From assembly GCA_964247055.1 (NCBI GenBank), contig OZ176055.1:620001-684000 (forward strand): a stretch of 64,000 nucleotides of DNA. Reading direction: 5' to 3'. The notes under the pieces were generated by a model. It searched no databases. It was not told the DNA's origin and was given only the letters and a program-made list of their open reading frames with translations. How positions within the stretch are numbered: position 1 is the stretch's first letter; each line of letters opens with the position of its first letter. This DNA comes from Paragordius varius (lineage: Eukaryota > Animalia > Nematomorpha). Positions 1-11,752 of the stretch are shown here, piece after piece. Both the position numbers and the translations under genes were made by a program.

Positions 1-990
1 CCTAGTTACAAATATTCTTTCAAACGCTTACAAAGAAAAAGAGGGATTCTACATTTTAACTTCTTCATATAAACGACCCATTCATCAAAAACCATGCTAA
101 TGAGAAACTAGTTAATACAGAAAAAAATTTAAATAAACTCAGTTCCAACACACGACCCAATTTGCAAATACGTGTCCGGTAATGAAGATGGTGCCAATTA
201 ATATATTAATTATTTCATGTAAAGTTTTTTGCTTGCAAATCTTCTCGCCCTTGCCGCTACATGGAAACCTCTAGGCATTTCTATCGTTATTCAGCTCGGT
301 GGCAATCTTATAGCTTTTAAATTGGAAAAATTTTATTGTAATATATTACAAAATGCAATAAGAAGTGAGTAAGTTGAGAATCTCTATTACCTCGTCAACC
401 AAGGGATAATAATAAAATGTGTTGCTCTAAATCTGGTTAACCATTGCTTAATACACAGGCATTACATTGAGGCACAACAAGGTGGATAACTATATCAATT
501 CGAGAAAAACATCCGAGAATCAAAAGATTGACGAGCCCAACCTCCTACCGGATTTAGTAATAAATGGGAATACCAATTGCTGGTACCTTTTAAAAAGAGA
601 CATCATTAGACGACGCATAAAACACCACACTATATACATTCACTTGATCTGTAACCTTCAGAAAAATACTCCAACGATTATATCCCATTATAAGAGCTTT
701 GCTCGTGGTACCCCCAGATTAATAGACTTTTTGATGATTTAAAATTAAAAGTCCAGTCGTATCAAACAAGAACACATCTCGGAAGTAATTAAATCATTTT
801 GCGACATTTATCAGTAGTCGAAACATGTAGCCCCCAAGTAAAACGCCCATCGATATCTTACCCAACAATTAACCTCCGTGCCCAACCAAACATAATTTTG
901 TGAGTGCTCCATTCATACTTTATCTTCCCAGCCCCCGTTGTCTTCTTTCCTACTTTTTAATGATTTATTTGCTTCGGGAAAAAGAAATTT
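1..990 (+). mobile_element. Decayed RLE-type (NeSL/Utopia-like) non-LTR retrotransposon 3' fragment, copy 1
   Basis: ORF 467-742 and neighbouring frames give RHNKVD..KIDEPNLLPDLVI..NTNC, homologous to the intact RLE domain at 11023-11661. Frameshifted. Duplicate of 15363-16350. Confidence 0.8.
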
Positions 991-999
991 TTGGCTTAC

Positions 1000-1930
1000 A
1001 ACAATCATCCTCATCAGGTCGTTGTTTCTCCAGCATTAGCCAGCTCCCAAATTCTCGAAATAATTTGCGATTGAGACAGATGTCTTTGTTTTTCTCAATT
1101 ATGATGTGGCTGCCTCGTCTTAAATTGTCATTAAGATGAAAGGACCTAAATTTGTTAATCCAACCATAAAAGCGTTCAATATGGCCCTAATAGATGAGAC
1201 GATTTGCTCTGAAAAAAGAAGACATAGGTTTATTTTTTTTAATAGATGCTGCTATAATCTACTTTATTCATATTGACCAATAGCCAAAAATCGCGTTGAC
1301 GAGGAGCTAAATAATACAATTATAATTGAAACTACATCTCCTTCGACCATGACCAAGTGTGATAATACATGGCTGCTAATGAAGGAAGTGCCAAAGGCCG
1401 TTTTAATTATTCATTGTATAGTGTTTTGTTTGGATTTATCCTTGTAACATGAAAATTTTGAAATAAACACTCATCAAATTATGTTGAATAATTATAGCAT
1501 AGGAATTAAATTTTTTCAAGATATAATGTGACCAAAGGCTAATACATTCATCACCTTGCGTACCAAAGGAGATTGATGGATGCTATAGATAATCCTACCA
1601 AACCTCTGTGTTTTTTTTAAACAAAGAATGCAATTTATTATCTTACTCAATTTCAAGGTTGCATAATTGTAGGCATTTATCAGTCTGACATGTTGAAAAA
1701 ATCTATCCGATTTGAAAAGGGACATGGTTATTTACATTTTTTTGTGTAACCTGATTTATTGATAAGTGATAACCCCACCCCTCTTATTCCTGGTTACATC
1801 TTTATATCCGCATTCGGTAAAGGCATATTTAGCCGATCCGTTTAATGAAGAGTTTCATGAAGAAAAGTTTTTATCAAAGACTATTATCCAATTTATTTTG
1901 ATCATAGTTAAACCAATAATAACAGTGTTT
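1000..1930 (-). pseudogene. Possible degenerate AP-endonuclease (LINE ORF2 N-terminal) remnant
   Basis: Manual minus-strand translation gives IIGLT..W, GYKDVTRNKRGGVITY, FGRIIYSIHQSP and IANYF in the order expected for APE-LINE motifs. Many stops and frameshifts. Duplicate at about 16380-17350. Confidence 0.4.
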
Positions 1931-4699
1931 TATGTTCAGGTTTACTGACACCTTAAATGTTAGAACATTTAATTTTACAAAATTAAATTTTTTTACTCTA
2001 TCGTTTTGACTAAAATGGCCAACATAGTCCAATGCCAAATCAATATTTTTTTGAATTAGGGAAAAGGGCGGCTGCTCTAATTTATTTTAGTTGATAAATA
2101 TATTTTGAATAAGTTAAATAAAATAAAATTAATTTGGAGAATAAAATGTCATATTTTAATACTTCAACGCGCCCATTAAGATCGATTGAAAAAAATGGTT
2201 TGTCTTATTTTAGTAAATCGATGTTAAATAAATGCTAACTTTTAATGATAATACCTTATATCAGGAGCTTCCACCACAAATGCCTTCGCGAGCGGCATTC
2301 GAGAAATATCTGGGCATTAACAAAATTTTATTGGCTTTCAAACATATGACTTTAAAAACTACTCAATATTTTAACAATTTTTGCTAGCTCATTCCTTTTT
2401 TACAACATTGGCCCGATTTAAAACTAATATATTATGAAATATATAAGGGAGGGGCCGCATGGGGTCGTCCATAAAATTATTGTAACCAGCAAGAAATTTC
2501 TGCAAAATTTTACGAAATAAATAATATTAAATTTTTTAGTATAATTTTTTTGATTTAAAAAGATCTTAACGTTAGAATTCAAAACATACAATGACACTTG
2601 TTAAATACAAATATATTTATTATTCAAGCCATTTAAATTTTTACGCCTTCAATTTTATATAATTTATAAAATTTTACAATTATTATTTTAATAAATAGCT
2701 GTTTCTTTCTCTTAATCTTTGTCTTAATATAAAATTTTATTTTTGTTTAGCTAATTATGTACGGCAGGTGGTGTTCAGTATAGAGGAAAAGGGACTTTTT
2801 TACTTTGAGATAATAATTTAATACAGTTTGGATTTTTTAGATCCATTTAAAAAAAGCTTAATCATATATTGTATTTTCGATCAATATTTTAATTTGCCAT
2901 CTAAAAACAGTATGTCGACAATTGTATAAATACTCAATATTTTTTATAAAACCATTATAAATTTTTTCCTTATCATTTTTTTTTGCTCATCCTTAATTAT
3001 TAACAAATACCAGGTAAATTTCGCAAAATTTCAATAATTAATCCAATTTTATTTTATGATTTTTAGAAAAAACTGCAACATCATAAAACTATTACATGTT
3101 TTATCGGTGATTTCGGTCCCAATTTTGGGTATATTTTATTTTTAGTTTTAAACAAAAAAAAACACTGATATTACTTAAAAATATTTTTGTTGATTTTATC
3201 AGTTGGTTATTTTTTTCATATTTAATAATTGTTTAATTTCCAAGGCTACATGTCTGTGACCGCGGAAGATAGAAAACCGGTTGAAGAGCCCATCGCAGTT
3301 CGAAAACATTACCCAGGAACTGGTTACCGTGATATCCCTAGACACAAATGAACCATAAAAGTGTTTATGAAACAATATTTTTACTGTTTTAGGCCTAGTC
3401 TATACTTTAAACCCAATTTTTAACAATTAAACACCAATATTTTGTTACTTCCTAATTAATATTGTTATAAATAAATAATTAGTTTAATTAGATACATTAT
3501 ATAGTGATGATAGAGATTATATAATTGGTGGCGATATATTATGGTGAACGTCATTAGGTTTCACTTAATTACTTTTTAATATACCCTTAACGAAAGATTA
3601 TCAATATATTGTACATTCAAGCTATATCCAGTCTTTATGGAAAATTGGAATCACAGTCTGGGTTCTAATAATGTGAATGGTTTGATAAAATGTTTATCTA
3701 TATAAACTTATTCCTGTAAAATATAATATAACATGGAATATTAATTTAATTAGAAAATTACAGTAAAAATCAAAATTATAAAGACATATAAAAATCATAT
3801 ATTTTTTACATAACAGCCATACGTTTTAAACCTTTAATTAATACAATTTTAAATATAATTTTTTTTAAATAGTATGGCTGTTTTTTCATAGAATATTTGT
3901 CTCAGTTTTTACATTTTTTTAGTATTTTTTAATTTATATCAAATCTTCTTTCAACATTAGAAATTTTTTATTAAAATTATAATAGTCAACCTGACCCTTC
4001 CTACTATTCTGGATTCAATAAGGTTGTTTTGAATTGCAATATGAAATTAGGAGCCCTCATAAATTTATAATATAATATAAATATGATTTGCTTTTTAAAA
4101 TGTTGGTTATGATACAATGATATTTGGAATGTAGCATTTAAATCAAATTTAAAATATGCTCTAATTTTGCGATTTTGTGAAAGAACGCTATAAAAAGTAT
4201 ATAAAATTTCCTTAGATCAGTAAGACCCAAACCACCATTGTGTGGAAGAAGCAGAGCTTTTCTCTCAGCTCAATATAGAATTTTTTGGATTTAAAATTGA
4301 CAGATATGTTGTTTTTTTTTAAAAACTACACCGTTTCCATCAAGATCATACCATAAATGCTCTTTAAAAATAATTAATAAAATATTTTATTATGAATCAT
4401 AATTCTAGTATATATTCGAATCTCGCAATCTCTGCTATATAATTTAAATATAAAATATTACTCATCTTGGGTTGCTATATAGTGGATAGAGATATAAATG
4501 TTCAGTTAAGTTCAAAATAGTAATTGAATACTTTGTGTAGGAATATAAATTATGGTATTTTTATTATTAAAAATTTAATAATTTTAATTAAATTGATGTG
4601 ATTAAACGACTTGTTAAATATTAAAAGCATCGAATTCTGACACATTACCAGAATATATGTTATTTATGATATTTTCTGCTCCACTGCCCACAAAAGGGG

Positions 4700-5175
4700 G
4701 AAGTAAAAAAATTGAACACTTAAAGTTGGTCCTTGAACTTTTTTCATTTGTTTTCATGTCAGTCACACCGTGTATTTTTATATAATAGTATTTCACACCT
4801 ATTATATTGTTTTAACCAAGTTTTTAAAATAATATCAAATATCATTCAGAAACCGTATATCATTATTCTTCACAAAAATATTAATAAGTTTAACGTGTAA
4901 AAAATATTTTTGGGGTTATTAATTACAATTATTTGTTGAAAACATTTATAAATGAAATAATAATGTTAAATTGGAAAAAATTAGTTCGAAACAAAAATAG
5001 GTTTCAAATAAATAATTGTAATAAATAAATAAATATATAATAAATTAAGAAAGTTAAAAAATAATAAAATAGATGCAAAATTTATGGTTATAAAACTAAT
5101 TTTTTTTGGACCGCTTGAAGTGTTCAATGACGAACTTGAAGTGTTGAAGGACCAACTTGAAGTTCAATGCTCTTG
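4700..5175. repeat. MITE-like segment bounded by inverted aagttggtcctt / aaggaccaactt motifs with short subterminal repeats
   Basis: 4724 aagttggtccttgaa is inverted relative to 5146 gaaggaccaacttgaag; acttgaagt is repeated 3-4 times. The counterpart in copy B (about 21090-23350) is interrupted by the RTE insertion. Confidence 0.4.
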
Positions 5176-5363
5176 AAATGCATGGTATATATATAATATT
5201 TTATGATGCTTTTGGGGTTTACGAGTGATAGAAAGTCATATGACTTTTATGGTAAATTCTCTCGCAAAACAGAAAATTTGCGTATGCAATATATTTTTTT
5301 GTAAAAGCTTAATCAAGGGTTAATTGGCCGTTCGAGATTTATGTGGGGCTTGCAATTAAATTG

Positions 5364-6200
5364 CTATATATTTAAAAAAATGGAAAGTGGTAGCTTTGTG
5401 ATCTGTTTCCGGAAAACCGGTAGACCCATTCAAATTCAAACATCGAAAAAATATAATTATTAATTAATGCCCCGACAATAGCTTCGCCCATTGAAATAGG
5501 CCTCCAGTTAGAGCCCACCCCGTGTGAAGAACCGGTCTTTTTGAAAACAGAAGTCCACAGAGATATTTTTTAAATCTGTTTTCCGCCCAAGGTATGAGAC
5601 CGTAATTATCTAATAAGAATTCTACGTATTCCCTGTTTAAAGGCAAAAATTTTAGTCAAGCGTTTCTTTGAAAATAGCTGCTGATTAAGGAGCTACCCGC
5701 GAAAAACTGACCCTTCATATCAAAATAGCGTGCTTTTGGGGCTAAATTTTAGGAAGCCTATCAGGCCATATGAGTCCAATAGCTGCTTAATTCGTTAAAA
5801 GTCAAAAATTTTAGTCAAGCGGATTTTTTAATTTAGCTCTTAAATAGGCCCTTTACTCCCTAAAATATGCCTATCATTGAATTATTTAGTTTTAAGGCCA
5901 TTTTTCCATAAACTATTAGGAATGAACGATGATTTCAGGTATAAAAGCAAATTTTTTCATCTAACTACATTTTTATATTAGCCTCTGGGTAGGGGGCTAC
6001 CCGGCTACAACTGCGCCATTATATCGATACAGATGCCTTTGGAGCTAAATTTCAGAATATGACCCTATGTGATTTTAAAACTTCGTGCCGCATGACAAAA
6101 TTGCTTATAAAATCATAAATGTGTATCTCAATATTCACACGAGACAATTAAATAATCAATCAGACCTTATTGCTTTTAAACATATAATCGTATTAGTTTA
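5364..6200 (+). mobile_element. Non-autonomous Helitron, 3'-truncated first unit of a head-to-tail dimer
   Basis: Starts gctatatatttaaaaaaatggaaagtggtagctttgtg (variant of the family 5' end) and is colinear with 6279-7200 but lacks the hairpin/CTAG end. Absent from duplicate copy B (about 23540). Confidence 0.7.
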
Positions 6201-6278
6201 TTGTTTTATTATTTATATATCTATAATATGTATAGGTTGTTAAAAAATATATGGATAATATAACATTATTTATGGTAA

Positions 6279-7278
6279 TCTATATTTTTATAAAAATGGA
6301 ATGTGGTGGCTTTGTGCTATTTCCTGAAAACCGGTAGACACATTTAAATCCAAACATCGAAAAAATATAATCAGAATGCCCCGACAATAGCTTCGCCCTT
6401 TTTGGAAATAGGCCCCAGTTCGGGCCCACCCCGTGTGAAAAACGGGTTTTTTTTAAAACAGAAGTCCACAAAAATCGTGTTTTTAAGACAATTTTCCAAG
6501 AACGTGTTGAGCCATTCAATTACAAAAATGATTTTGGTCTACTTATTTTCGATTGCGCCAAACATAGTCGGCTCGCTTTTTTAATTTAGAAACCAAGTCC
6601 ACAAAAATAATTTTTTTAATCTATTTTTTGCCCTAGGTATGAGACCGTATTAATTCAATAAGGATGCTACATATTCCCTGTTAAAAGGCAAAAATTTTAG
6701 TCAAGCGACCCGCGAAAAACTGAACCTTCATATCAAAATAGCGTGATTTTGGGGCTAAATTTCAGGAAGCCACCTATCAGGCCATATGAGTTCAATAGCT
6801 TCTTAAAGTATTACCCGTAAAAAGTCAAAAAATTTTGTCAAGCGGATTTTCTAATTAGCCGTTAAATAGGCCCTTTACTCCCTAAAAAATGCCTATCATT
6901 CAACTACTATTTTATTTTAAAGCCATTCTTCCATAAACTATTAGGAATGAACGATGATTTCAGGTAGAAAGGCAATTTTTTTTATCTAACTACTTTTTAT
7001 ATTGGCCTCTGGGTAGGGGGCTATCCGCCTACAACTGCGCCATCATATCGATACAGCATGCCTTTGGAGCCAAATTTCAGAATATGAGACTATGTGAATC
7101 ATTACTTCGTGCTGTATGACAAAATTGCTTATAAAATCAAAAATATATTATGCTTAATTCATAAATTGTCTATCTCAATATTCAAACGAGACAATTAAAT
7201 AATCAATCAGACTTTATTGATCCCGCAGAAGTCCAAAGGACTTCCTCGGGCTGCGTAGCAGCACGAGATTTACCCTAG
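6279..7278 (+). mobile_element. Non-autonomous Helitron, complete (1.0 kb)
   Basis: A|TC 5' end (tctatatttttataaaaatgg), subterminal hairpins gaagtcc-aaa-ggacttc and ctcg-g-gctgc-gta-gcagc-a-cgag, then CTAG|T 3' end. No target-site duplication, as expected for Helitrons. Confidence 0.85.
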
Positions 7279-8124
7279 TAGATATACAAAAATATGCTGA
7301 TAAAAGCAATACAATTTAAATTTGTTAAGGAATCATATTAATTCTGTTTAATTAGCAAACATTAACAAATATTGCTATATTGTGTTTGCATTTTACATAT
7401 AAAAAATTATCTATGCATGCATATATATTTATCAAACGCGGACCGTTGAATTTTTGAGTCACAAATGCGGTCAGCCATATATGTTAAGAACCCCTGTTAT
7501 AAAGAAATAAAATATTTCATAAAGTTTTAATTTTTAGTGGGCTCTAAAAGTTTCAACTCTTAAAATAAAAATGCCAAAATTTCACTATAGAACTTAAATA
7601 TATTCTAGATATGGTAAAAAATATTTTTGAAAAAATGAATAAAAAATTAATTTTTAGAGCGGTGTACGTATATCCACTTTGATTTTTGCGGATCGCAGGC
7701 CTGTTTAAAATCAATTATTTTTAAAAATATGAAATTGTAGGAAGAAAGTAAGGGTCGTTTTGTGTATACAGTGGTGATAAGAAGCATGTCTGTCACACCC
7801 TTTTCAGGTAAGCTTAAGTCGTTGTATAGTATTTTCGTAGGTAAATGCGAGCCAATTCGCTCTAATTATAATATATATAAAATTTTGAGGAATATATTAA
7901 TTAAAATATTGGCCACTATAAGGTCTATAACAAATCAGCGTCGCCCATGCTTGTGAAGGCTTCCTTGCACTCTCAACTATAATCGATAGCATAGCAAGAG
8001 TGAGTAAAGACTTGGACGCTATGCCCGGAATATTGAATTTTTTATTGAATAGCGATTTCACAATTATGGTATTTTGGGCTGTATGCAATACCACTTTTTG
8101 ACTAAGCACAACTTAAATTTTGTT

Positions 8125-8710
8125 AACACTTGGATGCAACACATTCATTTCATTCTTTCGATTCGAATTGGGGTAGTTGGATACCCCAGGCCTGTTAAAA
8201 ATTAAATTCTTTAAAAAATATGGAAGGAATCGAAACCATGGCAAAATTTTGCACTCTTATAACGTTAAAACCGAAATATATAAAAAATTTTAAAAATTCT
8301 TGATATTACTTATTTTAAGCTATAACCGAACGTTACAAATCTAGTCAACGTGACATGTGTGCAATGTAAAATTGAAAAATACAAAATAAACAGCTTTTTC
8401 TATTTCTATCAATGTTAGATATAATTTATATAATATATTAGCTTTACCCTTAATATTAATTGAAGACGGTATTTTTCAAAAATTTTGTAAAATAAAATAG
8501 CGTCGAAGTAGTTTGACATGGAACTTTTTTCAAAAAACAATTTTTTTTGATATTTTGGCATATTTATAAAATTTTTATTAGGATACAAGCATAAATTTAA
8601 ATTGTGACCGTTTCCTTCAGTAGTTTTTTTAATCCTATGAAATTTTATCTGGGGTAATTAGATAACCCAAATTGAATCGAAGTGTTAATTGAAATAGATG
8701 TAAAAAGTGT
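8125..8710. mobile_element. MITE-like element with inverted ends (ttcgattc..attggg / ccca..ttgaatcgaa)
   Basis: 8157 ttcgattcgaattggggtag versus 8666 cccaaattgaatcgaag. Homologous copies at about 23970-24410 and 32680-33165. Confidence 0.55.
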
Positions 8711-9399
8711 TCATTTTTAGCGAGGTTAATTTACCATATGTATATACTTATTTCAATCCATGTCCTATTTGATTACTAGAGATATTCCTGAAGCTATGAG
8801 GATGGGTAACTACACATTATATTTATAGATAATATAAGAGGCCTTTTGGAGATACACATGTAACTTTTAGTTGACGATGCATTTTACTCGCCACATGTCA
8901 AGATCTTATCCATTTGACAATACAATATACAGTATTTAAAATTAAGATATTTATAATCATATTTTATAAAGCGATAAAATAGTATATTGTCACAAATGTT
9001 ATTAATATTTTGCTAAATTAAAAAAAATGGGATCTTTAGCCTTTTGGGCACAGGAAAAACTATTAAAAATATCAAATTTCTTATTAATTCAACTTTTTTC
9101 GCTAATACATCAAGTAAAATAAAAACTTTCAAAAGTATTTGAGCATTAAATTTTAATATTTATCAATTCTTATATCAGCTATTTATTTTTGCTATCTTTG
9201 TGACTCTAGAAGTCGAATATCTCTAAAAATTATACACGAGAGGAGGGTCTATATTAAATTTCAACTAAAAAACTCTTAAAACAGTAGATTGTTTTCTAAT
9301 TTAAGCTCTGGCGTCAAAAACTACCCGAAAATGTTAACATGGATAAATTTATATGAAGAAGTGATAATAATTATTTTAATTCATTGCATATCACATTCT

Positions 9400-10050
9400 C
9401 AAATTGAAAAAAAACGAAAATGTATATTTTATCGAGTAAGAATAGAGGAAAGCGGGGTTATAATCAATAAAATGTAGTTAGGCACGTCATCATTTGTAAG
9501 ATTTTTTACACTAATAAATAAATAGTAAATATTAGAACTGGCTTTCATTGTGCTAACTAGGTCTTGCTTAAGTTTAAGGCCGTTTTGAATGTTAAAAATA
9601 TCAAAAATATTGCCTAAACGGGGAGACCAACACAAAGTTCCTGTTATTTCAACGTTAAAACAACGCTTTTAAGTGTGCTTATGGCGTACATCACTGTTTT
9701 TTCGTTGAAGGCACGCCTCTAAAGCATAAAGTCTGGTTGGATCTAATGAATAGCATTTTGGGTATCTGTTATAATTAGATCCGGTATGAGGCGATAAGCA
9801 TCAACTAATTGATTTTTTGGAAATTATTTTGTATTTTGCAGGGATATTAAATTGATTTTTGCGTTTATTAAAAATATTTTTTTGTCAGGAGGCTCCCATG
9901 GAGACGTTGATTGCATTAGAGCCGTTTCATTCCTACTGTTTGCACGTCAACAGTTTTTTTAGCCTGGATTGACGGTAGCTAGTATAGTGCTGTGAAGAAA
10001 TATTTAATCACGATATTTCAGATTTCGCTAGCTAAAAATTAAGTATTAAA
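9400..10050 (-). mobile_element. Decayed RLE-type retrotransposon fragment, copy 2
   Basis: ORF 9429-9635 (..GLKLKQDLVSTMKASSNIYYLFIS..) is homologous to RIKQDLIAEVLKFSCDIYHLFISG at the end of the 11023-11661 ORF. Confidence 0.7.
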
Positions 10051-10551
10051 ATTTATTAAGGGCAACAGATTGTATTACCATTATTTTCTTTTAATGCTTC
10101 GCTTAACTTACTAACTAATGAATGTTCTAAATTAGCTTAATAATGTTTTTTTGTGTGAAATTGACGGAAACGGTTAACATTATTTGATCATGTTGCGGGT
10201 TTCATAAAAATAGACACAATATAGTAGGTGATAAAATCAATTAATATTTTGTATAATTTCAAAATAATTAAAAAATTATCAGTAGAAGCTCTCGTCTATT
10301 ACAAAATATAATATAAACTTAACCTAAATTGTTACATTCATGTATCAGCATAGAGAATCTTTTTTGGAATACGAAGAATTTCACATTTATAATTTTCAGT
10401 TTATTTCTAATTAAGTTTCGTTTATCATTCATTATCTTATGGATTTAAAACGTTATTATAAAACTTTAGCAATCTGTTCACCACAACTACCATTTTATTA
10501 ATAAAAAATTTACCACCTAATATATATAGAGAGAGAGTAAATTATTTTTAT

Positions 10552-10683
10552 ACGCAGAACCCGGCAGCCAGAAATTATGCGCTCGGCTTGCCCCCATTTG
10601 GGGCAATCGTAGCCTTCAACTTGGCCGAGGTGCAATGGCCAAGTCTCAAACTAAGGGTATCGCCTTCTTGATCGCGATGGTTA
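10552..10683 (-). ncRNA. U1: U1 snRNA sequence, lacking the 5' ~20 nt and truncated in stem-loop IV
   Basis: Minus strand: atcgc-GATCAAGAAG-gcgat (stem-loop I, U1-70K loop); ttggcc-ATTGCACctc-ggccaa (stem-loop II, U1A loop); ttgcccc-aaat-ggggcaa-like stem III; Sm site ATAATTTCTGG. No ATACTTACCTG 5' arm. Probably a pseudogene. Confidence 0.92.
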
Positions 10684-10816
10684 CAATTTATTAAATAAGT
10701 AATATAAATATTTAAAATACATTGCTGTAAAAGAAAAGGCAAAGGTAGGAATAGCTTATAAATAATATAGGATAAATAATACGTAGTAAAATTAATATAC
10801 GTTGTGAATTCTAAAA

Positions 10817-10818
<2 letters not shown>

Positions 10819-10866
<48 letters not shown>
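10819..10866. repeat. (AT)n microsatellite in the retroelement 3' UTR
   Basis: About 24 AT units read directly. Confidence 0.95.
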
Positions 10867-10868
<2 letters not shown>

Positions 10869-11022
10869 ATAATAATAGGGGAAAGAAGACAGCGTGAATG
10901 GGAGAGTGCAAAGAAAACTTAGCACATATTTTGTTGTAATATAAATGCTGATTGTTTGAATAAATAAATATGTAATAAAACAAAGAGTAACAAGGGGGGA
11001 TGAAATGCGAGATTGTATAGAA

Positions 11023-11661
11023 TTAATTTTGACTTGAACAAAAAGGCTGCTCGTTGGGAGGGTCGACTATGGGAGTCACACTTGGCGGTTGGATATTCCG
11101 ACCACTGATGAATAGGTGGTAGATATCACAGGAGAATTTGAGCACTTCTGCGATTAGGTCTTGTTTGATACGGTTTGGGTATTTTATACCAAGTGCATCG
11201 AAAAGTTTGTCATTTCGGGAGTACCAGGAGCCAAGAGCTCCTATTACCACTGGGATAATTTCAACGTTAGAATATTTTTCAGAGAAGGAGCAAATCAAAT
11301 GATCGTATTTTGTGAGCTTGGTGTTATAAGCATCTTCTAAAGATGATACTCTATCATAAGGGATTGTGGGGTCGATAATGTAACAATTAGTATTATCAGC
11401 TATCACTAGGTCGGGACGCAGGTTTGAGTCATCAACCTTTTGATTTTCGGAGATAATCGAGAATTTTTTGGGTAGTATTGATTTAATGGAGTCAACCACT
11501 TTGTTGTGACGCTCGGTGACAATACCTGTGTCTATCAGGCAGTGATTTATTACATGAGATCCAGATTCAATCCGGATCTTGCACCTTCTACAAGAGGTAT
11601 CGTCGAACCTTCTTGGTTTGTAATTAAGAGGGAGAATGATCTGGTATGAATAAATCTCCAA
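11023..11661 (-). CDS. Non-LTR retrotransposon C-terminus: CCHC zinc knuckle plus PD-(D/E)xK restriction-like endonuclease (partial)
   Basis: CRRCKIRIESGSHVINHC, RHN, RPDLV, IIDPTIPYD, KLTKY, PVVIGALGSW, SCDIYHLFISG: the motif order of R2/NeSL/Utopia RLE domains. The RT is missing from this copy. Confidence 0.9.
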   Translation of the reverse strand: MEIYSYQIILPLNYKPRRFDDTSCRRCKIRIESGSHVINHCLIDTGIVTERHNKVVDSIKSILPKKFSIISENQKVDDSNLRPDLVIADNTNCYIIDPTIPYDRVSSLEDAYNTKLTKYDHLICSFSEKYSNVEIIPVVIGALGSWYSRNDKLFDALGIKYPNRIKQDLIAEVLKFSCDIYHLFISGRNIQPPSVTPIVDPPNEQPFCSSQN

Positions 11662-11752
11662 TCCTTAAACCTCAGGTTTTTGCCCTAAAATAAGAAGGAA
11701 TGGGAGATTTATCTATGCGACACATTCCAATCCTCCCTTGGTTTACAAGGTG

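Larger units (their letters stand above)
1..8720. repeat. Segmental duplication, copy A (paralogous to 15363-24420)
   Basis: 1 cctagttacaaatattctttcaaacgcttac matches 15363 cctagttccaaatactctttcaaacgcttac. Colinear matches continue (4490 vs 20850, 5140 vs 23320, 7440 vs 23710, 8125 vs 23975), interrupted by copy-specific insertions. The window start truncates copy A. Confidence 0.9.
10684..11752 (-). mobile_element. 5'-truncated RLE-type (NeSL/Utopia-like) retrotransposon, copy 3, with 3' UTR joined to U1
   Basis: Linker (QGRI..), CCHC and RLE coding region, then a ~340 bp 3' UTR containing (AT)n and ending ..TTTAATAAATTG immediately before the U1 sequence. Confidence 0.88.

Noticed and set aside
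2262-2475. Plus-strand PPQMPSRAAFEKYL..WGRP as a neuropeptide F precursor
   Set aside because: No RFG/RYG amidation end or signal peptide, and splice signals fit the minus strand at least as well.
3005-3020. taccaggtaaat as a possible reverse-strand U1 5' arm
   Set aside because: It does not match ATACTTACCTGG fully and is not at any retroelement 5' end; no U1 5' fragment or promoter was found in the window.
10792-10983. ORFs with IYIYIY runs (also 30780 and 38807)
   Set aside because: Translations of (AT)n microsatellites.
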